DNA of 64,000 nt, taken from assembly GCF_009914755.1 (NCBI RefSeq), contig NC_060938.1. The stretch is one strand, 5' to 3'. The DNA is from the human T2T-CHM13v2.0 reference genome, Homo sapiens. Numbering within the stretch: the first letter of the stretch is position 1; every line of letters begins with the position of its first letter. Under the pieces are notes generated by a model. The model saw only the letters and a program-made list of their open reading frames with translations, ran no database searches and was not told where the DNA came from. The position numbers were made by a program, and so were the translations under genes. Below, piece after piece: positions 26,512 to 38,684 of the stretch.

Positions 26512-26902
26512 TTAAAGCCCGTTTGCCTGGTATGAACCTCTATGGTTACGCTGCTGTTTCTCGGTTGATTGACTTTAGAGTTTCCCTTTACTTCCTTCCG
26601 TGGTGGATGAGGGACCTGGTCTTCCCACACCACTTGCCTCACTTCTTTCTTCTAATTTCTCCAGCATCACAATTGTCTTCAGAGTGAAAAGAAATTAAAA
26701 ATAGGGGCAGGGCATAATACACTTGCTATCTAAATAGTGCTGGGCTGGAGGACACAGGCAGATATGAGAAATAGAGGATTCTCGAGTTGAGTACTACCCA
26801 TCATTCATTCTGGAATTTTTCTGGTACTGAGAAAAACCTCCTGTGTCCACACTCGCTTCCCTTTGGACAGGTCACTGTTTCACACACTTTATCTGTTTTC
26901 AG

Positions 26903-27094
26903 CAACTGGAAAAGGAGCTGGTAGAACGTCAACCTCAAGTGGACATGTTACAGGAGATTTCAAACAGCCTTCTCATTAAGGGACATGGAGAAGACTGTAT
27001 TGAAGCTGAAGAAAAGGTGCATGTTATTGAGAAGAAACTCAAACAGTTACGGGAGCAAGTGTCCCAAGATTTAATGGCCTTGCAGGGAACCCAG
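26903..27094 (+). CDS. SYNE2: Nesprin-2 exon QLEKELVE...LQGTQ
   Basis: ttttcag|CAA, CAG|gtgagt; 192 nt. Confidence 0.96.
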
Positions 27095-27339
27095 GTGAGT
27101 CTACTTGTAGCTTTTAACTGTAAAGATTGCCGTATTACATGCAGACAGGACAGCAGTGTTGTAGCAATGCTCTAAGACAGAGGCCAGAAGCAAGGGCCAG
27201 GTGGTCCGAGTGGGGCCTCATGTCGTGCCCTTTTTCTAGCTGTGTGGACTTAAAGAGCTGCATGAGCTCTTTGAATCTGTTTTGTCATTTTTAAAAGGGA
27301 GTGGCGGGATGACAATTTTTAAACTTTTTTTAAAGGAAG

Positions 27340-27462
27340 TGGCTAATTTTTGTATTTTTTGTAGAGAAGGGTTCTTGCCATGCTGCCCAGGCTGGTCTTG
27401 AACTCCTGACCTCAAGCAATGCAAAGTTCTGGCATTACAGGCATGAGCCACCATAGCTGGCC
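27340..27462 (-). mobile_element. Alu fragment (left arm)
   Basis: Partial reverse Alu. Confidence 0.8.
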
Positions 27463-27775
27463 TACTTTAAAATGGGATCCAACTCAAAACAAAGGGAATA
27501 CCCAGACTGTGGCCTCACCAGACTTAGGGCAGGTCTGTTTTCTCCTAAGCAGCCAAAACTAGACTCTCTTGATGGCCACATGATCTCATCACCGACCTGT
27601 GATGAGCTCACCATCTACTCAAACTGCTGCTGCTAAACTCAGTCTCCCCAGCTCTGTGCTATGGGTTGGTTTTTAATATGGGTTGGCTTTTCCTTGTTTA
27701 CATTCCTTTTTGTCCGAAAAAGTCTGTTGTTGTTGGGAGTGAGAGCAATAGAAGAGCCCCTTCAGGAAAGATTTA

Positions 27776-28084
<309 letters not shown>

Positions 28085-28175
28085 GATTGATTTAAGGTAG
28101 GGGAGGGTGAGCTATATCATGAAGAATATGCATGAAACACATTTCTGTGCTCAACCTTTGGGGTCTGAATTTCAG

Positions 28176-28262
28176 AACCCAGCCTCACCCCTGCCCAGCT
28201 TCGACGAGGTAGACTCGGGGGACCAGCCTCCTGCAACATCCGTGCCAGCTCCCCGAGCAAAG
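28176..28262 (+). CDS. SYNE2: Nesprin-2 exon NPASPLPS...APRAK
   Basis: tttcag|AAC, AAG|gtaaga; 87 nt. Confidence 0.94.
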
Positions 28263-28710
28263 GTAAGAAGCCCCTTCCTTCTGTGAGAACCTCACTGGTT
28301 ATTTTTTAAAGTCACTAAGATGAGGGAAGCTTGGGATTCCAAGAGCCCATTAGCCATTTCAGGACAGCACAGGTCTCTGCTGACCCATAGAGAGGCTTAC
28401 AGTCTGCCTCTAGTCACTCTTCTTTGGGATCACAGTAGGTTGTGAATGAGAGCTCTTATAGTGTCGCTAAAGGGGTTCCCTGATTTTGCCATTAAAAACT
28501 TCAACACACTTGACCCTGAAACTGAGTAGATTAACCTAATTATTTCCTACTTCAGGTGACGTTTAATCTCAATTGTATTACTCTAGTCTCCAAAGTTTGG
28601 CTGTAACACAACATAAAGGTGGTATATAATTTAAGGGAGGATTTTTTTTTTTTTTATCATTGATAGGACTAAACTGTCTTCAACTTACTAACTGGAGTTT
28701 CTTTACCCAG

Positions 28711-28760
28711 CAGTTCAGAGCAGTGAGAACTACAGAAGGCGAGGAGGAGACAGAGAGCAG
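28711..28760 (+). CDS. SYNE2: Nesprin-2 penultimate 50-nt exon QFRAVRTTEGEEETES(R), NAGNAG acceptor
   Basis: cccag|CAG|TTC tandem acceptor, AG|gtaacg donor; required to keep the KASH frame. Confidence 0.93.
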
Positions 28761-29033
28761 GTAACGGGGCTTTACCGTGACAGCAGTGCGTTCCCCTGCT
28801 CCACACTCCCACTGACTCAGTCTTGCCAATGCCACTATCAAGGTCCTTGCAAAAATCTGGTTTTCTTTTGTCTGGAAAGGGCTGGTTTTCTCCTCTGAAA
28901 CTGAACCCCAACTGTTGGCCCTATTTAAATCTCAGGTCTTGGATTTCTTACTTACATAAGCAGGGGCTTAGGTAATAGAGTGGGTTGTGCCTGTGGAGCC
29001 TCCCAATCAGCTCTCAACCTCCTCTGTTGGCAG

Positions 29034-29241
29034 GGTCCCCGGCAGCACACGGCCACAGCGCTCCTTCCTCTCAAGGGTGGTCCGGGCAGCCCTACCCCTG
29101 CAGCTGCTCCTCCTGCTGCTGCTGCTCCTGGCCTGCCTGCTGCCCTCCTCCGAAGAAGACTACAGCTGCACTCAGGCCAACAACTTTGCCCGGTCCTTTT
29201 ACCCCATGCTGAGGTACACCAATGGGCCACCCCCCACATAG
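29034..29241 (+). CDS. SYNE2: Nesprin-2 terminal exon CDS: poly-Leu TM helix and KASH luminal peptide ending GPPPT*
   Basis: ggcag|GGTC; [21 protein letters not shown]...[11 protein letters not shown] is the canonical KASH domain. Confidence 0.98.
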
Positions 29242-30125
29242 AGGGCATAGCTGGCCACAGTGCTACACCACCTGCCTGATTGCCAAGGGTGCCCAGCACG
29301 TGGCCCCAGACCAATCTGAGTGACTTAGTGTTGGCAAGGTCCCGGGACCTGTGCAGACTTCTTCTGGGCTTACCCAGCACGGGCTCCCTGGAGCCCAGGG
29401 CAGCTTTCAGATTGTGTTCCTCCCCAGGAGCAGGGAACCTGTGTGGCAGGTGCCCCGGGTATTTTGGCAGAACTAGTTGATTAGTTTAGGGATCTCTGGA
29501 AATGTCAGTTTCCTGAAGAGCCAAGCACTTTGTGAATTCTGGTTTGTTTGTAAAACAGCATTATTATAATGTAGGTATGGTCAATGAGCAGTGGTGTCCA
29601 TCACATATATTATAGAAGCAAGCGAGGACATTCCACCCTAGAAATGGTTCAGAAACTCATAGGCACCCTTAGCTGATGGAAACAATCAATCATATTTAAT
29701 ACGCTTAGAATCAGTTTTACTCCAATCAGCTGGCAATTTTGAGCTGCCGGTTATACACCAAAATGTTCTGTTCAGTACCTAGCTCTGCTCTTTTATATTG
29801 CTTTAAATTTTTAAAGAAATTGTATTGCATGGATGTGGTTATTTGTGCATATTTTTTAACAATGCCCAATCTGTATGAATAATGTAAACTTCGATTTTTT
29901 TTTAAAAAAATTAGATTTTAGCTGGAGCTTTTGACTAATGTAAAGTAAATGCCAAACTACCGACTTGATAGGGATGTTTTTGTAAGTTAATTTTCTAAGA
30001 CTTTTTCACATCCAAAGTGATGCTTTGCTTTGGGTTTTAACTGTTTGGCCACGGCGGGGGTGGGGGCGGGGGGTTGGTACAGAAACTTGAAGCTGTTTGT
30101 GATATGTACAACTCAGATGTTTCTC

Positions 30126-30131
30126 ATTAAA
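30126..30131 (+). terminator. SYNE2: SYNE2 polyadenylation signal (ATTAAA)
   Basis: ATTAAA about 890 nt after the stop codon, followed by a U/GU-rich tract (cttctgttgt). Confidence 0.7.
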
Positions 30132-30367
30132 AAACAAAATTAGCCAGACTTCTGTTGTACTGAATTCTGTAACAAAGCAGTTCAGTGGTATGCTTAATCT
30201 TCCAAAAAACAAAAATTATTATTTTTAAAATATTTGGAGAGGGCCTTTTATTCTAAGTCTTATTTACAGAATTAACTTAGCTCTGGACCCTCGTGTATGT
30301 GTAAATTAAATTACTCAGCGTGTGACCCTCAGCTATTGTAGGGAATGGCAAAGGCAGCATGGCATGA

Positions 30368-30703
<336 letters not shown>

Positions 30704-31247
30704 ATTCCCAGCCCTCTCCATGGCAAATGAACAGGCAAAGCCCCTTGTTGCCCATTTAAGTCCAGTAGCATTTTACTTTCTACCTAAACAAAGAGGATAG
30801 GCATCGGCATTTCCCCTTTCTTATTGGAAGATACTGAACACAGTTCCTAACCTGCATCTGTTGGCAGGCACAGCTGACCACACAATCCCAGTCCCCTCCT
30901 CCCCTTCTCTGCCAAAGCACAAACCTCAGGGGAAACCAGTGAAGCTCATCAGTAGATGAAGCCTCAGCTTTCTACATTGGTGCCCCTCATGGGTGAGACA
31001 TCTGCAAGCCCTGGGCAGTTAAGGAGACCATCTGAAGAGAATCCGTCTTCACTTTAGCGTTTACAGTTATCAAATTGTTGGATTGATAATAGAAAGGAAG
31101 GTGGTTTTTAACCACATAACTAACTTCAAAGTATTTTAACTCTTTCTTTAAAATTATTTTTTTCATGGATTACAATGATCCCAGAGGGAAACTGAAGTGA
31201 AAATGTTACCCAAGATTTTTCTTTAGGCCACCGAGTTGATTAGAGGG

Positions 31248-31329
31248 TCACTGCTCCATCGTTGCTTCAGGCAAAAGAGTCTCCATCTTCATTCCAAATG
31301 AGGTGAGTGTTTGAGAGGCCTTTTCTGCC
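31248..31329 (-). CDS. ESR2: ERbeta2 (cx) alternative terminal exon CDS: (R)AEKASQTLTSFGMKMETLLPEATMEQ*
   Basis: cttaag|GGCAGAA acceptor on the - strand, in frame after exon ...HVRHA; known beta2 C-terminus. Confidence 0.93.
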
Positions 31330-31604
31330 CTTAAGTAGAGATGCGGGACAAGTCAAAGTTGCAGTGAAAGGAAGTGTGGTCTGCATTTCAAAGCTTAATA
31401 TTGTGCATGTCAATTTTTGTCTCTTCCTCAGGATAAGGGCCTTTAAGCTGGTTTGCTCCCCATCTCCAGGGAGGCCACTGCAGCTTCTTTCACTCAAAGC
31501 TCAGTGTATTCCCAAAACTCTTTTATGAGGTAGTCTGGGTTTTATATCGTCTGCAAATCTTTCATTGCCCACATGCAAGGGACATTTTCACATGACTCTT
31601 GGCA

Positions 31605-31644
31605 CTAAGATAACTTCAAATGAATGAATTGCTTTTCTCCCCAT
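31605..31644 (-). CDS. ESR2: ERbeta4 alternative terminal exon CDS: (R)WGEKQFIHLKLS*
   Basis: ttacag|ATGGGGA acceptor on the - strand; matches the recalled beta4 C-terminus. Confidence 0.88.
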
Positions 31645-32057
31645 CTGTAAAGGATATAATTCTAATCAAACTCAGAATGATTACAGAAAATCTATCCAAA
31701 TAATCGATGCACTGGATACCAGGACTTTTGTGAGCTGCATTTTACTTGTATACACAGGACCTGTGGTCATAAATCAATCACAAGTGTGAGATTAGCTGAC
31801 TAAAGATGAAATTGTTCTTTTTAAGAAGATACATTAAAGCAGAGCTTCTTAACTCTTCTGAAATTGTACTCAAGCATTTGTGTTCAGGTGCCCTTTCCCA
31901 GGAAGACTAGCCCTGGTTTTCATCAAATTCTCAAAGGACTCTCTAACCCCACAATAAGAATTCAGAATAGAATGTAGACACTACTTAGCCTAATTACTGT
32001 AAGTTCTTACACTCAACCCCCAACAAATACATTTTTAAAGCCAAAATAATGAAACAC

Positions 32058-32063
32058 TTTATT
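32058..32063 (-). terminator. ESR2: Candidate poly(A) signal (AATAAA) for a long ERbeta1 3'UTR
   Basis: First canonical AATAAA I found on the - strand downstream of the beta1 stop (about 4.8 kb). Confidence 0.45.
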
Positions 32064-33611
32064 TATATCATGTTAAACTCTCTACGACAGTGCCATAGAC
32101 ATTAAAGGGACACAGTAAGGAAAACACTCCCTGGAGGAAGGGAAAGCAGGTCTCAAAATCTGCTTTCACAGAGCAGCAAACATTCATTTCTACAAGGCCC
32201 AAATGTAAAGCCTGCAAATGAAGTCAACAAATTAGTGTAATGATACAAAGCATTCGTCTGAGAAAATGGCAAATTATAGCCAACCAACAGGCTCTGAAGT
32301 ACACATTGAATGACAAAAGGTATAGGACCAACAGTTAAGGCATTTAGACACCCAACAGAGGAAACAAATGCAAAAACATCCATTGTACAGTTAACAGGAA
32401 CTGTTCGCGGCTGGTATCACCACTCCTTATGTGCTTCCCATAGAGGAAACCCACCACCAGTTTACCAGTGGCTGGCCCTACAAGTGAATAGGATCCTCGG
32501 AATTAAAAAACAAACAAACAAACAAACAAAAAACCTCCCTGACTCCAAAGCAACAAAAATGGCACTACGATCATACATCACAGACAATGCACATCTTAAG
32601 AGCTGCCACTGGAGCCAAAATTCCAGCAAGTTTGAGAGCTATAAAGAATAAGTGGCACGTGTTTTCACACTGTAGTATATCACACTCCACAGGGAAGCAG
32701 CAGTGCCTAAAAGATGTGAATTTTACATGAGTACACTTCCAAGGAACATATTCCACGTGTTTGGGGAAAGCAGTCACAGACAGGAGGTGATCACAGTACC
32801 CACTAGAGCTCATGAACCTGAGATGGGACAATGGGAATAACAGATTATGCATCTTATTTTTCCATCTGTCATTGCTGCTGTTGTGTAAAGGCTCATGCAG
32901 ACCCATCTAAGCTGAGGAGATGGGATCTAAAGGTACAGCAGAAGACAACCCTAACTTCACCGCCCCTCCATTCTGCTGCGACTCAGCTCACAAAGCAGAT
33001 TCTCACAGAAGCAAGTCCTGGGGCAGGAGCAATACTGGCCCGCTAGGCAAGCAGAAGACTTGCGTGCCAGTCCAAGCTTTGCCATGAGTAGTTTTATGAC
33101 CTTGAATAGGTGAATTTGCCCCCGTGGGCTTTAATTTACACAGATATGAAAGGTGGAGTTGAACTTTGATGTGAGAGGTTTACAAACTTACTGTGTCTGT
33201 AGGGGTGTTCTGGACATTGTGGTGGGAGGTAAGGGGGTATCACAAGGGGGCCCCATTTAAATCACAGCAGCCGTGCATGTCAGGTTGCACCTGATAGATT
33301 CTGCAGTTTTAAAATATTTTTCTTTAAATTTTTAAACTGTTTGAAGTGCATGGTCACTGTCAGCACTGGACTTGGACTGCCTGTGTTCAGCTCAATCACC
33401 TACTCCCCACGTGACCTTCAGCAAGTTTGCTTAGACCGTGTCTAGTTCCACAACCAGAAAATAAGGAAATAGCAGTTATTATAATAAGGATTAAATGTGA
33501 ATGTCTGAGGCACTGAGAACTGTGTCTGGCACAGATATTATCTTTAGATACTAAATAATGTGTTTTTATCTTTTTAAAAGATTTTCAGCAACTTAAAAAA
33601 AAATGTGGCGG

Positions 33612-33929
33612 GGCTGGGCACAGTGGCTCATGCCTGTAATCTCAGCACTTTGGGAGGCCTTGGCAGGCAGATCGCTGGAGCCCAGGAGTTCAGGACCAGC
33701 CTGGGGAGCATAGTAAAACCCCATCTCTACAAATATTAAAAGAATTAGCCAGGAGTGGTGGTGTGCACCCCAGCTACTCGGCGAGGGCGGGAATGGGGTG
33801 GGATGGGGCACTGTGGTGGGAGGATCGCTTGAGCCCAGGAGGTCGAGGCTGCAGTGAGCCATGATGGCGCCACTGCACTCTAGCCTGAGCAACAGGAGTC
33901 AGACCCTGTCTCAAAAAAAAAAAAAAAAA
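33612..33929 (+). mobile_element. Alu (AluJ-like) with a G-rich insertion in the right arm
   Basis: Alu consensus interrupted at about 33782-33815. Confidence 0.9.
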
Positions 33930-34613
33930 GGTGTCAAATCTTATTAAGTGAGGATACTTTGTTTCAAAATAGGCCTATAAACAGAAGGTTCACTTTGAAT
34001 TTGAAAAGTCCCTTAGCAGACGTAAATAAGAACTAAACCCTGCTTTCACATGCTAGAAAATTCTAGAATTGCTTCAATTCCACTTATATACATAAATATA
34101 TATGGATATATAATATGGCTCTGCCAAGTATTGGTAACTGATTTTTCTTCCTTACTGAAATCTAAGATAGTTGCCCTTCCAGCTGAGTTAGCAGGGGGAG
34201 TATTCCAGACCAAGACTCGCACTGTACAGCTCCTGCCGATTTTGCACTATTTTTAATGCAGTTGAGTCTTCAGATTTGTGACTAGGCTGACAGCTTTGTC
34301 TTGTGTTCCCGCCTTAATTTTTTGAGAAAAATCCCTTCAAGACTATTTTAGGGTCAAGTCTTTTGTAGTCAGTCCTGGTGGGCAGTCACTATGAGACAGG
34401 CCTGACAGAGGGGTGCTGTGAGAACAGAGCGAGATTCGGTGAGAATAGCTCAGCTGGAAACTCACTGTGCGGCGCTCCTGATACTGCCCACTCGAGGCTC
34501 TAAAGGGATTGCCATTGCCAGTTCACTCCCAGGAGTAGAAGTGATCTCTGTCTTAAGATCTACTCTCAAAAAAAAAAAATTATATATATATATATATATA
34601 TATTTCGTGGCAA

Positions 34614-34898
34614 TTTTTTTTTTTTTTTTTTTGAGACAGGGTCTCCCTCTGTCACCCAGGCTGGAGTGCAATGGACTGCAGCCTTGATCTCCCCAGGCTC
34701 AGGTGATCCTCCCACCTCAGCCTCCCAGGTAGCTGGAACTACAGGCCTGCACCACCACGCCTGGCTAATTTTTGTATCTTTTGTAGGACAGGGTTTCCAT
34801 GTTGCCCAGCCTGGAGTCAAACTCATGGGCTCAAGTGGTTCGCCCACCTCGGCCTCCCAAAGTGCTGGGATTACAGGCGTGAGCCACCACATCTGGCC
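34614..34898 (-). mobile_element. Alu (AluJ-like)
   Basis: Reverse Alu with a T19 tail. Confidence 0.9.
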
Positions 34899-36851
34899 TT
34901 GTTTTGGTTTTTTATGTTTTTGTTACCTGGTAATCTCTTTTAAAAATACATTTAATAGAATTTCACTGGCAGATAATGAGTTGCTGAAGGCTGCCTTCTT
35001 TGCCTCTTACTTCCTACTCTCCAGCTTCCAAACCCCTCTATTGGGAGTGGGGGATTCTAGGCTGACCAGGAGGAAAGAAGCTGACACTAACACTGGTTCC
35101 CTGGTTCCTATGAAACCAAGCTTATCCTGCCTGTACTAAATCTTACTAAAGCTGTAACTGAGTCTCTAAGAATAACTTCAGACTGCCTCAGAACACAGAC
35201 ATCAGTGTGTTCTCTAGGTACTTGTCCAAGCATTTCTGAAACAGCTAAGCTCAACTTATAGTAAAATTGCACCAATATCAAAATTATGGATTATTCGAGG
35301 TCTTACTAGCAAAAACCAGTCTTGGTAACACTGAATGCAGTCTTCCTAATGACTTAGTAAATACAGGATGTGCTACCCAAAGTGAACATATTTTCAAAAA
35401 GAAAATATATTTAATATCATATCACAAGGTAATTGTTTAAAACGTTACTGCAATAATGAAACATGATTATTTAATTGCTGGCTTCCATAGTATGCTGTTA
35501 CTCATTTTACATATTCACCGTGTATCCAAAACTGGAAATTTCACATCTTTTAAAAGGTGAGTTAAAGTTGTCATTTCAGAGGTGCCCTTCTTCATGTCCT
35601 ATTTATGTTCCACTTGGAATAAGAACTAATATTTTTACTGTTTCTTTTTCACCCTGCCCACCATATAAATTTTCCAATAAGAAAATATTTTTAAAAGAGC
35701 TCTCAAGTGTAAAAGAATTCTTTCTTGCTATAAATAATTATCCCTAAATATTTCTCTTTAAGGAGAGTTCACAAACTGGGTCTTGTTCAAGGGGCGTACT
35801 CATCAAGGCTATACAGTGTGGCCCCAGAGCTGACACACTGGGGTGCATAGCTACTCATCCATCCATAAAACAGCACACTGCACACATCCACAGCCCAAAG
35901 TATCCCTGACTACTTGTGGTGACTGATGGGGCAATTGTGGCTGCTACTTATGAGGTTGTACAAGATGGAAACTGCATCCACATTGCCCCAGGGAAACACT
36001 GTGGCTGTCACCCACACCCACAGGAGAGAACCCCATTCCTGCAAACACGGCCTTTCTCCAGCACCCACGCTGGCCCCATGGGACAACAGGTTTAAGGAAG
36101 AGCAGCTCCAGAAGCAGCGAGATTTGTATCTCCCACAGTCCTGCATGAAAATGATCACACGCTCATACACACATACCCCAAATTATTGGCAGGCTCTGTG
36201 AATACAAATCGAGAGGGACAAATCTGTGTGCAGCTGGCAGCAAGGTCAGGGAGAGAACATGACTCACATCCCAGCTTAACCACAGTCCCTCTGGCCTTTG
36301 ACAGAATAAGCATCATATGATATGATCAGTCCCCACAGGCCTGGGAGGTAAGTACGCAATTGCCACAGGGGTTTTCAATCTTACAATGGAGTGGTCCGGA
36401 AAACAGCAAAGGTCAACTCTCAGAGGGAAGGGTAGTGTGTGCCACACAAGAAGGGTTAGCCCACTTCTGTAAGCGTGTCACTTCCTCTCCCCTTTCTGAT
36501 TCGCAGCCCTTCCAAGTCAGATTTCCACCATTCATTCCAAAACCTTTAAGATGTTTCACAAAGGGGAGGAAGGAAGAAGGAAAGTAAGAAAGACCACACT
36601 GAGATCCTATGAGGCCATTGAGTGTGGAAACGCTGCATTCAAATGTGCCCTCTGCTAACAAGGGAAACTATGGCTTCCTCACACCGACTCCTGAGAGTTG
36701 GGAAGGTGGAGGGAAGGATGGTACATGACCAAGCCTGCCATCACCAAATGAGGGACCACACAGCAGAAAGATGAAGCCCAGGCTCCTGACACACTGGAGT
36801 TCACGCTTCAGCCTGTGACCTCTGTGGGCCAGTTCACCTCAGGGCCAGGCG

Positions 36852-37038
36852 TCACTGAGACTGTGGGTTCTGGGAGCCCTCTTTGCTTTTACTGTCCTCT
36901 GCCGGGCTGCACTCGGACCCCGTGATGGAGGACTTGCACCCGCGAAGCACGTGGGCATTCAGCATCTCCAGCAGCAGGTCATACACTGGGACCACATTTT
37001 TGCACTTCATGTTGAGCAGATGTTCCATGCCCTTGTTA
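36852..37038 (-). CDS. ESR2: ERbeta1 terminal exon CDS (helix 11/12, AF-2: [26 protein letters not shown]...NPQSQ*)
   Basis: cccatag|TAAC; stop TGA at 36852-36854; canonical ERbeta1 C-terminus. Confidence 0.98.
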
Positions 37039-37280
37039 CTATGGGGACAAAAAGGTGCTGAGATTCCCTCCTCCGAGGCAGCCACAGGAACCCCGAAGCC
37101 TTCCCCGGCTCTCTTTGCTCAGAGCCAGTCTACCCCACCCCTAAACCCACTCTTCCCCCAGCCCATTTATCCATGGCTCGTGCATCCAGCTCCCCCTGAT
37201 AATTTAGGCTCAAGGGCAAGGACGATGTCTTGTCAGCCTCTGTGTCCCACCACACACCTACAATGGCCTGACACATAGGA

Positions 37281-37876
37281 CAATCAATCCTCATTGTTTG
37301 CGGTAATTATGTTCCGTAAAGTCACTGTGAACACTGAATCCTCACTCATAGGGGAAATACAGGGTTAGGTTCCTGCAAGCCTCTGGCCACATCTTCATCA
37401 GCTGATCAATACAAAACCTTGTTTTATGTGTGTTTCTTTCTAAAGATGCCTTATGTGATAAATACCATTGACTCATTAACATTGAACTCATGGCCAGCAG
37501 CACTATAACTCACACCCGAGCAAAGCTTAACACATACTTTCTCCATAAGGCACATCACAGCTTTTTCACACCGAGGAACACTAGACAGGTCTTCAGCACC
37601 ACACCAGGGGGGCATTTTAAACAGTGAAGTCACCAAAAGCACAAAAATGTAAAACCATGGCACTAAGTAGACCAAGTAAAGGACACTTGTTGACAGTATG
37701 AGAGCAGCTGCTTGTTCCATCTCAGCTGGGACTGTACATAAAGGGCAACTCAAAATTTCTGCCACTCTGTTCATGACCTCAAAAACACCACAAATATTGA
37801 TTTTGGGGTTACAAATAAATTTTAGCAAGCAGATAAATTCACAATGAAGGAATCTACAAACACAGGATCTGTTCTG
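37281..37876 (+). mobile_element. MER82 (TcMar-Tigger) DNA transposon
   Basis: ggggaaatacagggttaggttcctgc...ggggttacaaataaattttagc matches recalled MER82; degenerate terminal inverted repeats. Confidence 0.78.
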
Positions 37877-38671
37877 CAAATGGCTATGTGCTGAGCAATC
37901 ATTAAAGGGGAAAGGCAGAGGTCTTCATCTCACTTAAGATTCTCGAGGTGTATATTGTCCTTCTCCACAGCCTCTAGACTTGCCTCCTCAGTGACCAGTT
38001 AATTACCTTCCACCCTCCCCTCCCCTCCTCCAGCTCCAGGGCAAGGCTACCCTCATCGTGGGTGACACCAAGCACTGAGCATCATTGTACCAACAGTAGC
38101 CACCACTGCACACCCTCTTCATCAGCACACACAATTACGTTTCCTGATCAGAAACATGCCCTACCTACAGCCCTGCCTTCCTAAATCTGCTGGGTCCACC
38201 ACTTCTCTTAAGTCTTATCCTTAATTTCCTGATGCCACCGAAAGAACAACTCTTAGGGAAGCATTTGTGCACTTCTTCGCATCACCAGCTCGAGGGGCCA
38301 TCTAGGGGAGCGGGTCTTAGCCTCTCCACAAAAAGTGGCCTCAGGGCCTCAGCCCTGGGTGGTGTAAACAGGGGTGGCAGTTCGTGTTAGGGGAGGAACT
38401 GCCCCTTTTAGGACTCCATAAACAGGCTATAAACCCCAGCAATTGAAAAACCCATGAGCCACCACTGGCTGCCATGCAGAGCCTGTAAGATACCACATGA
38501 CATTCCTTCCATGCCCACTCTGTGCCCATCTTTGCTTACAGGTGTGTGAACTGACAAATTCCCCATTCCCTTTCAGGCATTCATTTTCCTTAACTTGCAG
38601 ACACTTTTCCCAAATCACTTCACCCTCCGTGGAGCACATAATCCCATCCCAAGCCCAAGCAGAGCAGCTCC

Positions 38672-38684
38672 TTAGGGCGCGTAC
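38672..38684 (-). CDS. ESR2: ERbeta5 C-terminus by read-through of the donor: (R)YAP*
   Basis: ORF 38672..38863 ends HVRHARYAP*, the recalled beta5 terminus. Confidence 0.85.

Noticed and set aside
29098-29130. CTG-rich run as an expansion-type repeat
   Set aside because: Short, interrupted by CTC, and simply encodes the poly-Leu TM helix
34566-35139. Many 60-157 aa ORFs with LSPRLECSG / SASQVAG / PPCLANF motifs (also near 20443, 26127, 40692, 44638, 56524, 60127, 61586)
   Set aside because: Translations of Alu sequence
37451-37879. 142-aa minus-strand ORF in the ESR2 last intron
   Set aside because: Lies within the non-autonomous MER82 element; no transposase motifs
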